Source: Candidatus Thalassarchaeaceae archaeon
GTDB taxonomy: Archaea; Thermoplasmatota; Poseidoniia; Poseidoniales; Thalassarchaeaceae
DNA: 33,408 bases
Direction of reading: 5' to 3'
NCBI GenBank assembly: GCA_030747675.1
Contig: JASLKH010000074.1
Span: forward strand, 1 to 33,408
Position numbers and translations under genes: made by a program. Below are positions 18,524-26,531 of this stretch, piece after piece. The notes below the pieces were generated by a model. The model saw only the letters and a program-made list of their open reading frames with translations. It was not told the origin of the DNA and ran no database searches. The first letter of the stretch is position 1; the number at the start of each line of letters is the position of its first letter.

Positions 18524-18562
18524 CAATTAATGGGGGACACCCATCAAACATCAATGCGCCGA

Positions 18563-19531
18563 TTACAAGTCTTGTAATGGAGACATGGCTCTACGTGCCA
18601 AAACACGTAGCATTTTTCTTCTGTATGACGGGGGGAAGTACGTGTTACTTACTGGCTTTACAGCCTTGCGAATTGCTTCTGAAAGTGCTACAACACTTTC
18701 CTTCCCATTCCATTCCAACAATGCTTCCATAGCGAGTTTGGAGTGGTCACCAGGGATACTTTCACATCCAGTTGTAGCAATACGCAATTCCGATATTCTC
18801 CCCCCTTTCAATTTCCATGCTGCAGCAACTCCTGCTTCAGGGAAATCCCACGTTTCCCGCAACCTCAATTTTTGATAGCCACCTACCCATTCATTTACAT
18901 CATCTGGTAGGGTAATATGAGTGACCATTTCACCTTTTTCCAAAACATTTCGAGTCATTCCATCTAACTTGAAAAATTCAGAAAAAGGCATCGCGCGTGC
19001 ACCTGCTGCACCTGCAAGGTGAATTGTAGCATTTAGAGCGATAAAAGCAGCAGCAAGGTCGGCTTGATAGGTGGCAACACATAATGTATTTTGGTTTGGA
19101 ACAACTCGACAATCGGCGTTGGTATCACAGTCACATTTGTGACACCAATCTATACTGCGCCTCCATTCTTCAGTTTGATTGTACCAGTAGCACCGAGTAT
19201 CTAAGCAGATATTCCCTCCAACTGTGGCAGATCTACGAATCATTACACTTGCGATTGTGGCAGCAGTCTCTCGAAGAAGTGGGTGTATAATCTCGGATTC
19301 AACTAAGTCTTGGATCCGAACCATTGCTCCTACAATTGTGGTGGATAGAGTATTTAATTCCTGAACACCAGCTAAGGAAATAACATCTGATTTTGGATTT
19401 AATTTCCATTTGTAATTTGGTAGTAGATCAGTGCCCCCGGAAATCCAATCGAAGTCGTCCAATTCAGATGCCAATGTCAATGCTTGAGAGAGATTTGAGG
19501 GGGTGTGTAAAGTGAAGGGGGGCATCCGCAT
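18563..19531 (-). CDS. hcrB: Xanthine-dehydrogenase-family FAD subunit, 4-hydroxybenzoyl-CoA reductase beta-like, with Cys-rich Fe-S insert
   Basis: ISGGTDLLPN, RRSATVGGNIC, insert DTRCYWYNQTEEWRRSIDWCHKCDCDTNADCRVVPNQNTLCVATY, YQKLRLR. GAGGTGA RBS favours ATG 19531, overlapping the hcrA stop. Confidence 0.85.
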   Translation of the reverse strand: MRMPPFTLHTPSNLSQALTLASELDDFDWISGGTDLLPNYKWKLNPKSDVISLAGVQELNTLSTTIVGAMVRIQDLVESEIIHPLLRETAATIASVMIRRSATVGGNICLDTRCYWYNQTEEWRRSIDWCHKCDCDTNADCRVVPNQNTLCVATYQADLAAAFIALNATIHLAGAAGARAMPFSEFFKLDGMTRNVLEKGEMVTHITLPDDVNEWVGGYQKLRLRETWDFPEAGVAAAWKLKGGRISELRIATTGCESIPGDHSKLAMEALLEWNGKESVVALSEAIRKAVKPVSNTYFPPSYRRKMLRVLARRAMSPLQDL

Positions 19532-22335
19532 CACGAATCACCTCTGTGTCGGCGCTCAATGTGCGACCAAGCCTTCGCCGCTCGTTTCTTTGGGTCTGCC
19601 AAATCTTCAGCCGTGGGTGTTACAGCCTCTCTCCATCCCTTTTTTTGTTCGGACATGGGCACATCAGGGTCAAACCCAAAGAGAACACCATTGACATAAG
19701 AGGTTCGATCTTCTTGAATATCTCTCAGATGGTCACGAATCGCATGCTCTTCTGCACGCCCCGTTAATTTTTCTTGTAATGGTCCAGGCTCAAACCTTGG
19801 TACTGGTAAATCAAGAGGGTCTTCGACACCTAATTTCTTACATTGTTTCTCGATTTTTTTGTGAAGTCGGTCAGGTGTCACAGGCAATTCATCAATTCGA
19901 ATACCAATTGCATCGTATATTGCGTTACAAACAGCCGGCAAGATTGGTAGCAACGGCCCCTCGCCAGCTTCCTTTGCACCAAATGGGCCTTCGGGGTCAT
20001 TACTTTCAACAATGATTGGAACGACATCGGGCATTTCGTGAACACTCATGATTTTGTAATCAAGTAAATCAGGATTCATCAGATTGCCTCCTCTTCCATA
20101 TTTCATTTCTTCAGAAAGGACTTGCCCCATGCCCATGTGGCATGAGCCAATGATCTGTCCTTTTACTGCTAGGGGATTGAGTGCCTTTCCGCAATCATGT
20201 GCGGCCCAAGCGTTCACAACCTTGACGAAACCAGTTTCGACATCAACTTCAACTTCTGCAACATATGCTGAGAATGAATATGCTGGGGCTAATCCAGCAG
20301 CGGCCCCTTTGTGGATTCCACCCATAGGGGGCGTTCGGTAAGCCCCTGATGCAATCAGTGACCCCACATCAGCCTGTGCTTTGTGCACCGCTTCTAACCA
20401 AGAAACTCCAATGGCAGGGTCATGCTTGTAGTAAATTCTTCGATCACCAATGACTAACACATCGGGGTGATAACCCGTAATTTCCCAAGCGGCCTTCATC
20501 ACTTTGTCTCTTAATTCACAAGCCGCGCGAATCGCCGCATTACAATTCATGAAGGTCACACGGCTGGAATATGATCCCAAATCGACAGGTGATGTATCAC
20601 TTTCTTTACTTCGAATCCGTATCATATCTAATGGTAAAGCCAGAACTTCTGAAACTGCTTGTGCCACCGCTGTATCGCTCCCTTGCCCAATATCTGCTGC
20701 ACCAGTATGGACTGTTACTCCTCCATCCATATCACATTGTAAATGTACAGTAGCGTGGGGGAAATTTTCGGGATCCCAATGAATAGGTAACCCTGATCCT
20801 GAAATGAAGAACCCACATCCAACTCCAATTCCTCGCCCCAGAGGTAAGTTTCGGAATTTTTCATTCCAACCAGATTGCTCTTTTACTTTCGCTAGGCACT
20901 CTCGCATTCCCGTGCTTGTTATTCTAAATCCTGTTATTGTTCGACTGTGTGGTGGTAATAAATTTGCGAGTCGGAAAGTCATCGGGTCGACATTCATTTG
21001 CTCAGAAACAGCATCAATTCCAACTTCTACTGCGCATCGGCTGTTCACCGCACCATGGCCTCGCATTGCACCGCTTGCAGGTTTGTTTGTCCATACTCTG
21101 GCTCCTGTATAATTGAAACCTCCGATTTCATATGGTGCTGTATGCAAAACACCATTGTAATAGGTTGTTACATGCCCAAATGAAGCAAACGCTCCCCCAT
21201 CGATAAGTGCATCAGTTTCGATACCAGAGATACGCCCTTCATCATCTGCAAATACCCCCATTTGGATTCGTGATGGATGCCTTCCTCGATTAATCCAATA
21301 CACTTCTTCCCTGTCGAAATTAATTCGAACAGGCCGTCCGCATTTCCGAGCTAGAATCGCTGCGCACATTTCATGTGGAAATGGGTCCGATTTACCGCCA
21401 AATCCTCCTCCCACAAAGGTCCGATGGACATTGATTTGATGCATTGGAATATCTAATACAGCAGACAATCCTCTGTGGAGATAATGGGGGACTTGTTGAG
21501 GGGTCCAAACTGTAAGCCGTCCTGATGGGTCCCAATGAGCAACTACCGCATGTGGTTCAGTAAATCCATGATGTAGACCTGCAGTTTCCCAATCTGCTTC
21601 ATGTTTGAATGGCGCAGAACCCATTGAATCGAGATCTCCAAACTGTTGGAAAACACGTTTCTGAACATTCGATTCACCAATGTGATATTTCCCGCGATCG
21701 TGGATTGGATGTTCTGAATCGTTCAAACCATCTTCCATGTCATGTATACTTGGCAGAATTTCATATTCAACTGAGATAGCATTCATTGCTTCAATTGCAG
21801 TTGCTTCATCAATTGCACAAACACACGCCACTAAGTCTCCAACATGCCTAACCTTGTCTTGAGCCATCGCATGTTCATCTTTAGTTACAGGAAGAACACC
21901 GAATTTGTTTACAGAATCCTTTCCAGTTGCCACCGCAAAAACCCCATCCATTGCTTCAGCAACAGATATGTCGATTGATTTAATCTCAGCATAATGATGT
22001 GGAGAACGTAGTATCTTCCCTATTAGTTCGCCAGGTAACCTGATGTCATCGCCATATTGTGCTTGCCCAGTCATCTTCCAGTTAGAATCAACCAAAGGAA
22101 CGGGTTTACCAATTGTGGTACCTGTGATATGTTTGTCATGGACATGGGGTCCTCGTGGTTGTTTTTTCCATCCACCAACCGATTCAGGAACATAATCCAA
22201 ATCTTGGAGTTTTGAATGAGGTTCAGAACCACCTGATCCTGGGACGCCGAAGTCTTGTTGCCCTGCAATCCGTTTCCCATCAGTGCGTTTCTTGTCCTTC
22301 CCTTTACCGGGCGCTTGTCGATATCCTTTGCCCAT
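19531..22335 (-). CDS. hcrA: Xanthine-dehydrogenase-family molybdopterin subunit, 4-hydroxybenzoyl-CoA reductase alpha-like
   Basis: KMTGQAQYGDD, QQVP, VGGGFGGK, GAMRGHG, FPHATV...TGAADIGQGSDT, GSYSSRVTFM, GPFGAKEAGEG; 934 aa with N- and C-terminal extensions. Confidence 0.85.
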   Translation of the reverse strand: MGKGYRQAPGKGKDKKRTDGKRIAGQQDFGVPGSGGSEPHSKLQDLDYVPESVGGWKKQPRGPHVHDKHITGTTIGKPVPLVDSNWKMTGQAQYGDDIRLPGELIGKILRSPHHYAEIKSIDISVAEAMDGVFAVATGKDSVNKFGVLPVTKDEHAMAQDKVRHVGDLVACVCAIDEATAIEAMNAISVEYEILPSIHDMEDGLNDSEHPIHDRGKYHIGESNVQKRVFQQFGDLDSMGSAPFKHEADWETAGLHHGFTEPHAVVAHWDPSGRLTVWTPQQVPHYLHRGLSAVLDIPMHQINVHRTFVGGGFGGKSDPFPHEMCAAILARKCGRPVRINFDREEVYWINRGRHPSRIQMGVFADDEGRISGIETDALIDGGAFASFGHVTTYYNGVLHTAPYEIGGFNYTGARVWTNKPASGAMRGHGAVNSRCAVEVGIDAVSEQMNVDPMTFRLANLLPPHSRTITGFRITSTGMRECLAKVKEQSGWNEKFRNLPLGRGIGVGCGFFISGSGLPIHWDPENFPHATVHLQCDMDGGVTVHTGAADIGQGSDTAVAQAVSEVLALPLDMIRIRSKESDTSPVDLGSYSSRVTFMNCNAAIRAACELRDKVMKAAWEITGYHPDVLVIGDRRIYYKHDPAIGVSWLEAVHKAQADVGSLIASGAYRTPPMGGIHKGAAAGLAPAYSFSAYVAEVEVDVETGFVKVVNAWAAHDCGKALNPLAVKGQIIGSCHMGMGQVLSEEMKYGRGGNLMNPDLLDYKIMSVHEMPDVVPIIVESNDPEGPFGAKEAGEGPLLPILPAVCNAIYDAIGIRIDELPVTPDRLHKKIEKQCKKLGVEDPLDLPVPRFEPGPLQEKLTGRAEEHAIRDHLRDIQEDRTSYVNGVLFGFDPDVPMSEQKKGWREAVTPTAEDLADPKKRAAKAWSHIERRHRGDS

Positions 22336-22344
22336 TCAATCTCC

Positions 22345-22944
22345 TCATTTCGAGCTACCAGGTGGCAACGAGGGTTCATCGGGGCCCAATGGGTGTGGAT
22401 CTGATTTTGGATTAGTTGGATCTGGAGAAATTGTCCCACTTTGTTTCATTTCAGCAGCCATTTCGACAGCATCAACAATTTGTTGGTAACCAGTACATCT
22501 GCAAAGGTTACCCTCTATGGCGCACTTGATTTCATCACGTGTTGGCATTGGATTTACTTCTAGAAGTGCTGAACTAACAATCAAGAATCCAGGTGTACAG
22601 AATCCGCATTGACTTCCACCTGCTTCAGCAAAGCATTTCTGAATTGGATTGAGGTGATGCCCATCTGCTAAGCCCTCTACTGTGGTAATTGCAGCTCCAT
22701 CATGCTCTTTGGCAAGACAAAGGCAACTCAATCTGGGTTCACCATTCACCAAAACAGCACAACATCCACATGTCCCCATGTCGCAACCACGCTTGACACC
22801 TAATGTTCCAACTTGGTCCCTAAGGACATCGAGGAGGATAGCATTACTTTCAATCAGATGCTCTTGTTCGACTCCGTTCACATTTACATTCCAAGGAACT
22901 TTTTGTGCCCCCGGAAGCATCGGAACTCGGATGTGAATGCTCAT
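22345..22944 (-). CDS. hcrC: Xanthine-dehydrogenase-family 2x[2Fe-2S] subunit, 4-hydroxybenzoyl-CoA reductase gamma-like
   Basis: GCDMGTCGCC...SC and QCGFCTPG...GNLCRCTGY cluster motifs; likely start ATG 22944; first gene of a C-A-B order. Confidence 0.9.
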   Translation of the reverse strand: MSIHIRVPMLPGAQKVPWNVNVNGVEQEHLIESNAILLDVLRDQVGTLGVKRGCDMGTCGCCAVLVNGEPRLSCLCLAKEHDGAAITTVEGLADGHHLNPIQKCFAEAGGSQCGFCTPGFLIVSSALLEVNPMPTRDEIKCAIEGNLCRCTGYQQIVDAVEMAAEMKQSGTISPDPTNPKSDPHPLGPDEPSLPPGSSK

Positions 22945-22984
22945 GCGACCACCCCCACCGAATCCATAGAGCCCTTTGATGATT

Positions 22985-22997
22985 CGCCCGTAGGGCG
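22985..22997 (+). other. Intergenic hairpin CGCCC-GTA-GGGCG
   Basis: Read directly; in the divergent spacer between hcrC and the CD36-like gene. Confidence 0.6.
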
Positions 22998-23048
22998 GCT
23001 GCATTCGTTAGCGGATTACTTATGCCCTGTGCCCTGTGGTGGGGTGTC

Positions 23049-25784
23049 ATGAACACTAAGGTAATCGTGATGGCAGTTGTTGGGCTGATGCTTATTGGAA
23101 CCAATATGGCAGTAGTATCTCCTATGGTAATGTCGAATACTGAAGCCGCTCTTGAGGATGCCACAGTTATGACTGATGATACATGGGAAGACGATAGTTG
23201 GCTAAGCTCGACACTTGAACGAGTATTTTTTGCATGGGATTTGACAAATCCTAATGATGCTAAGGCTGACTCTGATGGCAATGGTGCAGAGGATTTAGGA
23301 AACGCTGTATTTGAGCGAAATGGCCCTTTTATTTACAATGTTACAGCAAAACGTGAAGTAATTTCACACAACGAAGATCAAGGTACATTGACGTATTCTG
23401 AATTCAATGAGTATGAATGGTGTGCAGAATGCACTTGGTCCGATGAGAATGGCACTGAGCATGCATCGGTGTCAGGTACAACGCCCATCACTAACATCAA
23501 CATACTATATGATACTCAAAGAATTGGTGCTTTAGGATCAGTGATTGCTTCAGGACCAGATATCGTGAAGGGCACATTCACTAAGAAAATGTTAGAAATC
23601 GATATGGCTGAGCGTGCACCTAGTATTTGGACTGTTGAAGAATTAAATTCAGATCTTTCAGTATATGCATCCAACGAAACTCTTGTTGGCAATGGTCCCC
23701 AACAGTATCGTGACTTAGGCGCAAAGATACACGTTCTCACTCAAAACAGCCGTTACGATGAAGAAAATTTGACAACATTCATGATGACTGCATTCAATGA
23801 ATCTATCCTGAATCATATCTTTGACAATGTCACCGATAATTCAACTGGATTGTGTATCGCCTTAACTTGCAACCTTGGCCCGATGCTCATCAAGAGAATG
23901 GGGGCCCCAGATACACAAAACTCTCTTGCCCGTGCCGAATTATATGGCTATACTGTATTCAATAATGATACCACAGTCAATCAATCTGCTACAATAATGG
24001 CTGATGAAGTCGTGTACGATGCCATAAATACACGTTATACTCAAGCCGGATATTTTTCCTCTGATTTACGCTCAGAATCTGATGCTAATTTGAAGAGTAG
24101 AATGGTAGAGATGGCAGGAATATCTGAAAATTTCGATGAAACCAAAATGCAGAATTTATTATTTGGAATGAATGGCAATGCTCCTGTTGGGATTCTGGTT
24201 TGCGACTCAAATGGATTCCTTTGTGGAGTTACCAATCTACTTCTTCTCGCAATAGATTTCAATTTGCCAGAAATCATGTCGCAATATGGACTTGGATTAA
24301 CCTCCTTGGAAAAAGTTGCAGGCGATTGGGTGAGTAAATGGCAGTTAGCTGAACGAAATTATGAGATGATTCTTTCAGATGGTTCAGGTTTTATTCATGC
24401 AGATGAATGGGTCTTAGAGGCGTTTGGTTCTAAAGACCCAGTCGATGGGAAATGTATTCCGTTTGGATTGAACATTGGTGTTGCAAGTTTGAATGGTTTG
24501 TGTTTGTGGGAATCCACCTATAATCCAGGTAATCCAGTTGATTTAGATCCAGCACAAACACATAACATATTGTATGGTGACTACGGATTGACCACTGACT
24601 TCGCTACAGATTTCTTGTACGGAGAAATTAGTGGGATGTCAGTACCTATGAATGAGCAACTTCAACCTGAAATTGGAGGCACTCAACACGCTTGGGACGA
24701 TGCATTTGTGGCCGGTTTATATGATATTGATTTGAATGGAGCAATGGCTCTTCGTTGGATGCTTTTCGATACACTTTTCAATGATAATATTGGTGGCATA
24801 ATTGAGAGCCAATATGGTGTTGAACCTGTTCTTACAATGGAAGTTAACAATTGGCTTTTGGGATGGGAAGATCCTCTTGTTGGCTGGGCATCTTTAGAGG
24901 ATAATGCGACTTACTATGGTTCGGATGGAATTGTTAATGACGGTGCAAAATCAATTTACACGGTTTATACTGGTGCAAAAGAAGGGTTACCAGGGCAGTT
25001 GTTGTTTGAATGGGATGATAACGACACTCCTGAAAACATGTCTGATGACGTCCCTCTTTGTGATTTCAAACCGGCTCCTGAAACGTCGCCTTGTTTCCTT
25101 TCATGGCGCTCTTCTGCTCGAGATGATGCAACCTATGGGCTACTAGGTACAGTTGATCAGGCAAATGTTGTTGGTACTGTATTCCCTGCAGGTGAATCTG
25201 CTCGAATGAGTTTAGCAGGATATGCAGTTGCAGAATCGGTTGTTGTTGGAAAGGATTCAATTGAAGGTATTGATACTTACAAGCATTCGATTAATGTTCC
25301 ACCGTTGGAGAACCCAATTCAGGCCAAGTTGCTTGGTCAAGAATCACTTCTCGATGTGTTTCCCAATGCCCTTCCTGTGTATTTCGGAGGTGAAGTTGAG
25401 ATGCAGGTTGAACCAAGTGTGAATGCAGTGCTTGGCCTTGAAATGAATTCGTATTTCTTTATTGACACACGTGGAATTAGTCGAAGTATCGGATTGACTG
25501 CTCCTACAGAAGGGGATTTACAACCAGTATTCCAAATTTCAATCGCAAAATCAATTGGAGATGACCCAGATGATGTTGATGCGTTCAAGGACAAGGTGAT
25601 TCATAATCAAAGACCCTATGCATATTGGACCAATTTCGATACAGGTGCAGATGCAATGTTTATCGATCAGGTTACGTTTTTAATTTGGCTAATCGCTGAC
25701 TTACTGCTACTTGCTGCATTGGTTATGGCAGTTCGTGGCGATTCTGATTTAGAAGAGCCTTGGACTGAAACAGAAGAAGAATGA
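23049..25784 (+). CDS. CD36/scavenger receptor class B (LIMP-2)-like protein with N- and C-terminal TM helices
   Basis: Motif chain W..FFAWDLTNP..ERNGPFIY..TLTYSEFNEYEW..ITNIN near the N-terminus; NVVGTVF, GIDTYK and MQVEPS near the C-terminus; 10 Cys in 5 local pairs; many N-x-S/T sequons; start ATG 23049. Confidence 0.7.
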   Translation: MNTKVIVMAVVGLMLIGTNMAVVSPMVMSNTEAALEDATVMTDDTWEDDSWLSSTLERVFFAWDLTNPNDAKADSDGNGAEDLGNAVFERNGPFIYNVTAKREVISHNEDQGTLTYSEFNEYEWCAECTWSDENGTEHASVSGTTPITNINILYDTQRIGALGSVIASGPDIVKGTFTKKMLEIDMAERAPSIWTVEELNSDLSVYASNETLVGNGPQQYRDLGAKIHVLTQNSRYDEENLTTFMMTAFNESILNHIFDNVTDNSTGLCIALTCNLGPMLIKRMGAPDTQNSLARAELYGYTVFNNDTTVNQSATIMADEVVYDAINTRYTQAGYFSSDLRSESDANLKSRMVEMAGISENFDETKMQNLLFGMNGNAPVGILVCDSNGFLCGVTNLLLLAIDFNLPEIMSQYGLGLTSLEKVAGDWVSKWQLAERNYEMILSDGSGFIHADEWVLEAFGSKDPVDGKCIPFGLNIGVASLNGLCLWESTYNPGNPVDLDPAQTHNILYGDYGLTTDFATDFLYGEISGMSVPMNEQLQPEIGGTQHAWDDAFVAGLYDIDLNGAMALRWMLFDTLFNDNIGGIIESQYGVEPVLTMEVNNWLLGWEDPLVGWASLEDNATYYGSDGIVNDGAKSIYTVYTGAKEGLPGQLLFEWDDNDTPENMSDDVPLCDFKPAPETSPCFLSWRSSARDDATYGLLGTVDQANVVGTVFPAGESARMSLAGYAVAESVVVGKDSIEGIDTYKHSINVPPLENPIQAKLLGQESLLDVFPNALPVYFGGEVEMQVEPSVNAVLGLEMNSYFFIDTRGISRSIGLTAPTEGDLQPVFQISIAKSIGDDPDDVDAFKDKVIHNQRPYAYWTNFDTGADAMFIDQVTFLIWLIADLLLLAALVMAVRGDSDLEEPWTETEEE

Positions 25785-25786
25785 CT

Positions 25787-26419
25787 CTAGTTATTTTTCA
25801 CAAACCATTGCATTAAATTTGCTTCAGCACGTTTTAGATGTTCACCGAGAGTAGAATGGGCGACCCCCAATCTTTCTGCCATTTCACGCATAGTTACTTT
25901 CCGAGGAGAATCATAGTAACCCCACCCAACAGCTGCTTGGACTACTTCCCATTGACGTTTCCCAAATATATCTGCTTGATTTTTTTCATCCCCTTCATTG
26001 ATTACTTTAATCTGGTCGGGTGGAAATAGTTTTCTTGCCAAATCAAGGAATCCTCTAATTCCTGAAGGCACACCCATAATAGTGATTGAAATGCCATCAT
26101 CAGAGATTGTATAAGGCGGTAATACAGCAATATCTAGAGACTGAACACTTGCAATGGTTAGCGGATGTGAATTGAATACTACAACGACATTTTCATCATT
26201 CCCTGAGGGGACAGTCGATTCAAATTCAAGGAACTCAGAATCTGAGAAATTTTCTTGATCAAAACCTTCCCGAAAATGGCACTTCATTAACTGACGAACT
26301 CCCTCGGGAGTAACATCAATATGAGCCACAATCTCTGCTTTTGAGCAAGGAATCAATATTTCTTCGAAACCAGTCCCATTGATACTAACTGGGTCCCAAT
26401 GAACATGAACGACTTGCAT
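25787..26419 (-). CDS. Bacterio-opsin-activator-type HTH_10 transcriptional regulator
   Basis: C-terminal RQWEVVQAAVGWGYYDSPRKVTMREMAERLGVAHSTLGEHLKRAE matches the HTH_10 consensus. Confidence 0.9.
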   Translation of the reverse strand: MQVVHVHWDPVSINGTGFEEILIPCSKAEIVAHIDVTPEGVRQLMKCHFREGFDQENFSDSEFLEFESTVPSGNDENVVVVFNSHPLTIASVQSLDIAVLPPYTISDDGISITIMGVPSGIRGFLDLARKLFPPDQIKVINEGDEKNQADIFGKRQWEVVQAAVGWGYYDSPRKVTMREMAERLGVAHSTLGEHLKRAEANLMQWFVKNN

Positions 26420-26433
26420 TGTTTTACGCTAAT

Positions 26434-26488
26434 CCAATCTTGATTTGAAGTAACCTGATGCCTGTGCAGAACTGCCAATCTTTGATTG
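26434..26488. promoter_or_regulatory. Two copies of CCAATC-TT(T)-GATT, candidate operator sites
   Basis: CCAATCTTGATTTG (26434-26447) and CCAATCTTTGATTG (26475-26488), 41 bp apart, in the divergent promoter of the regulator. Confidence 0.45.
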
Positions 26489-26531
26489 TGGTCGGGAAAC
26501 GCATTATGGCCTGATTAAAGCACGACGTAGT

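Noticed and set aside
19531-22335. Aerobic CO dehydrogenase large subunit (CoxL)
   Set aside because: Active-site loop is GAMRGHG, not AYxCSFR (form I) or AYxGAGR (form II).
22336-22347. In-frame hcrC-hcrA fusion by readthrough
   Set aside because: A second in-frame TGA precedes the hcrA ATG, and a GAGGAG RBS is present.
22850-23281. 143-aa minus-strand ORF spanning the hcrC/CD36-like junction
   Set aside because: Overlaps two well-supported genes; Ser/Thr/Ala-rich composition typical of shadow frames.
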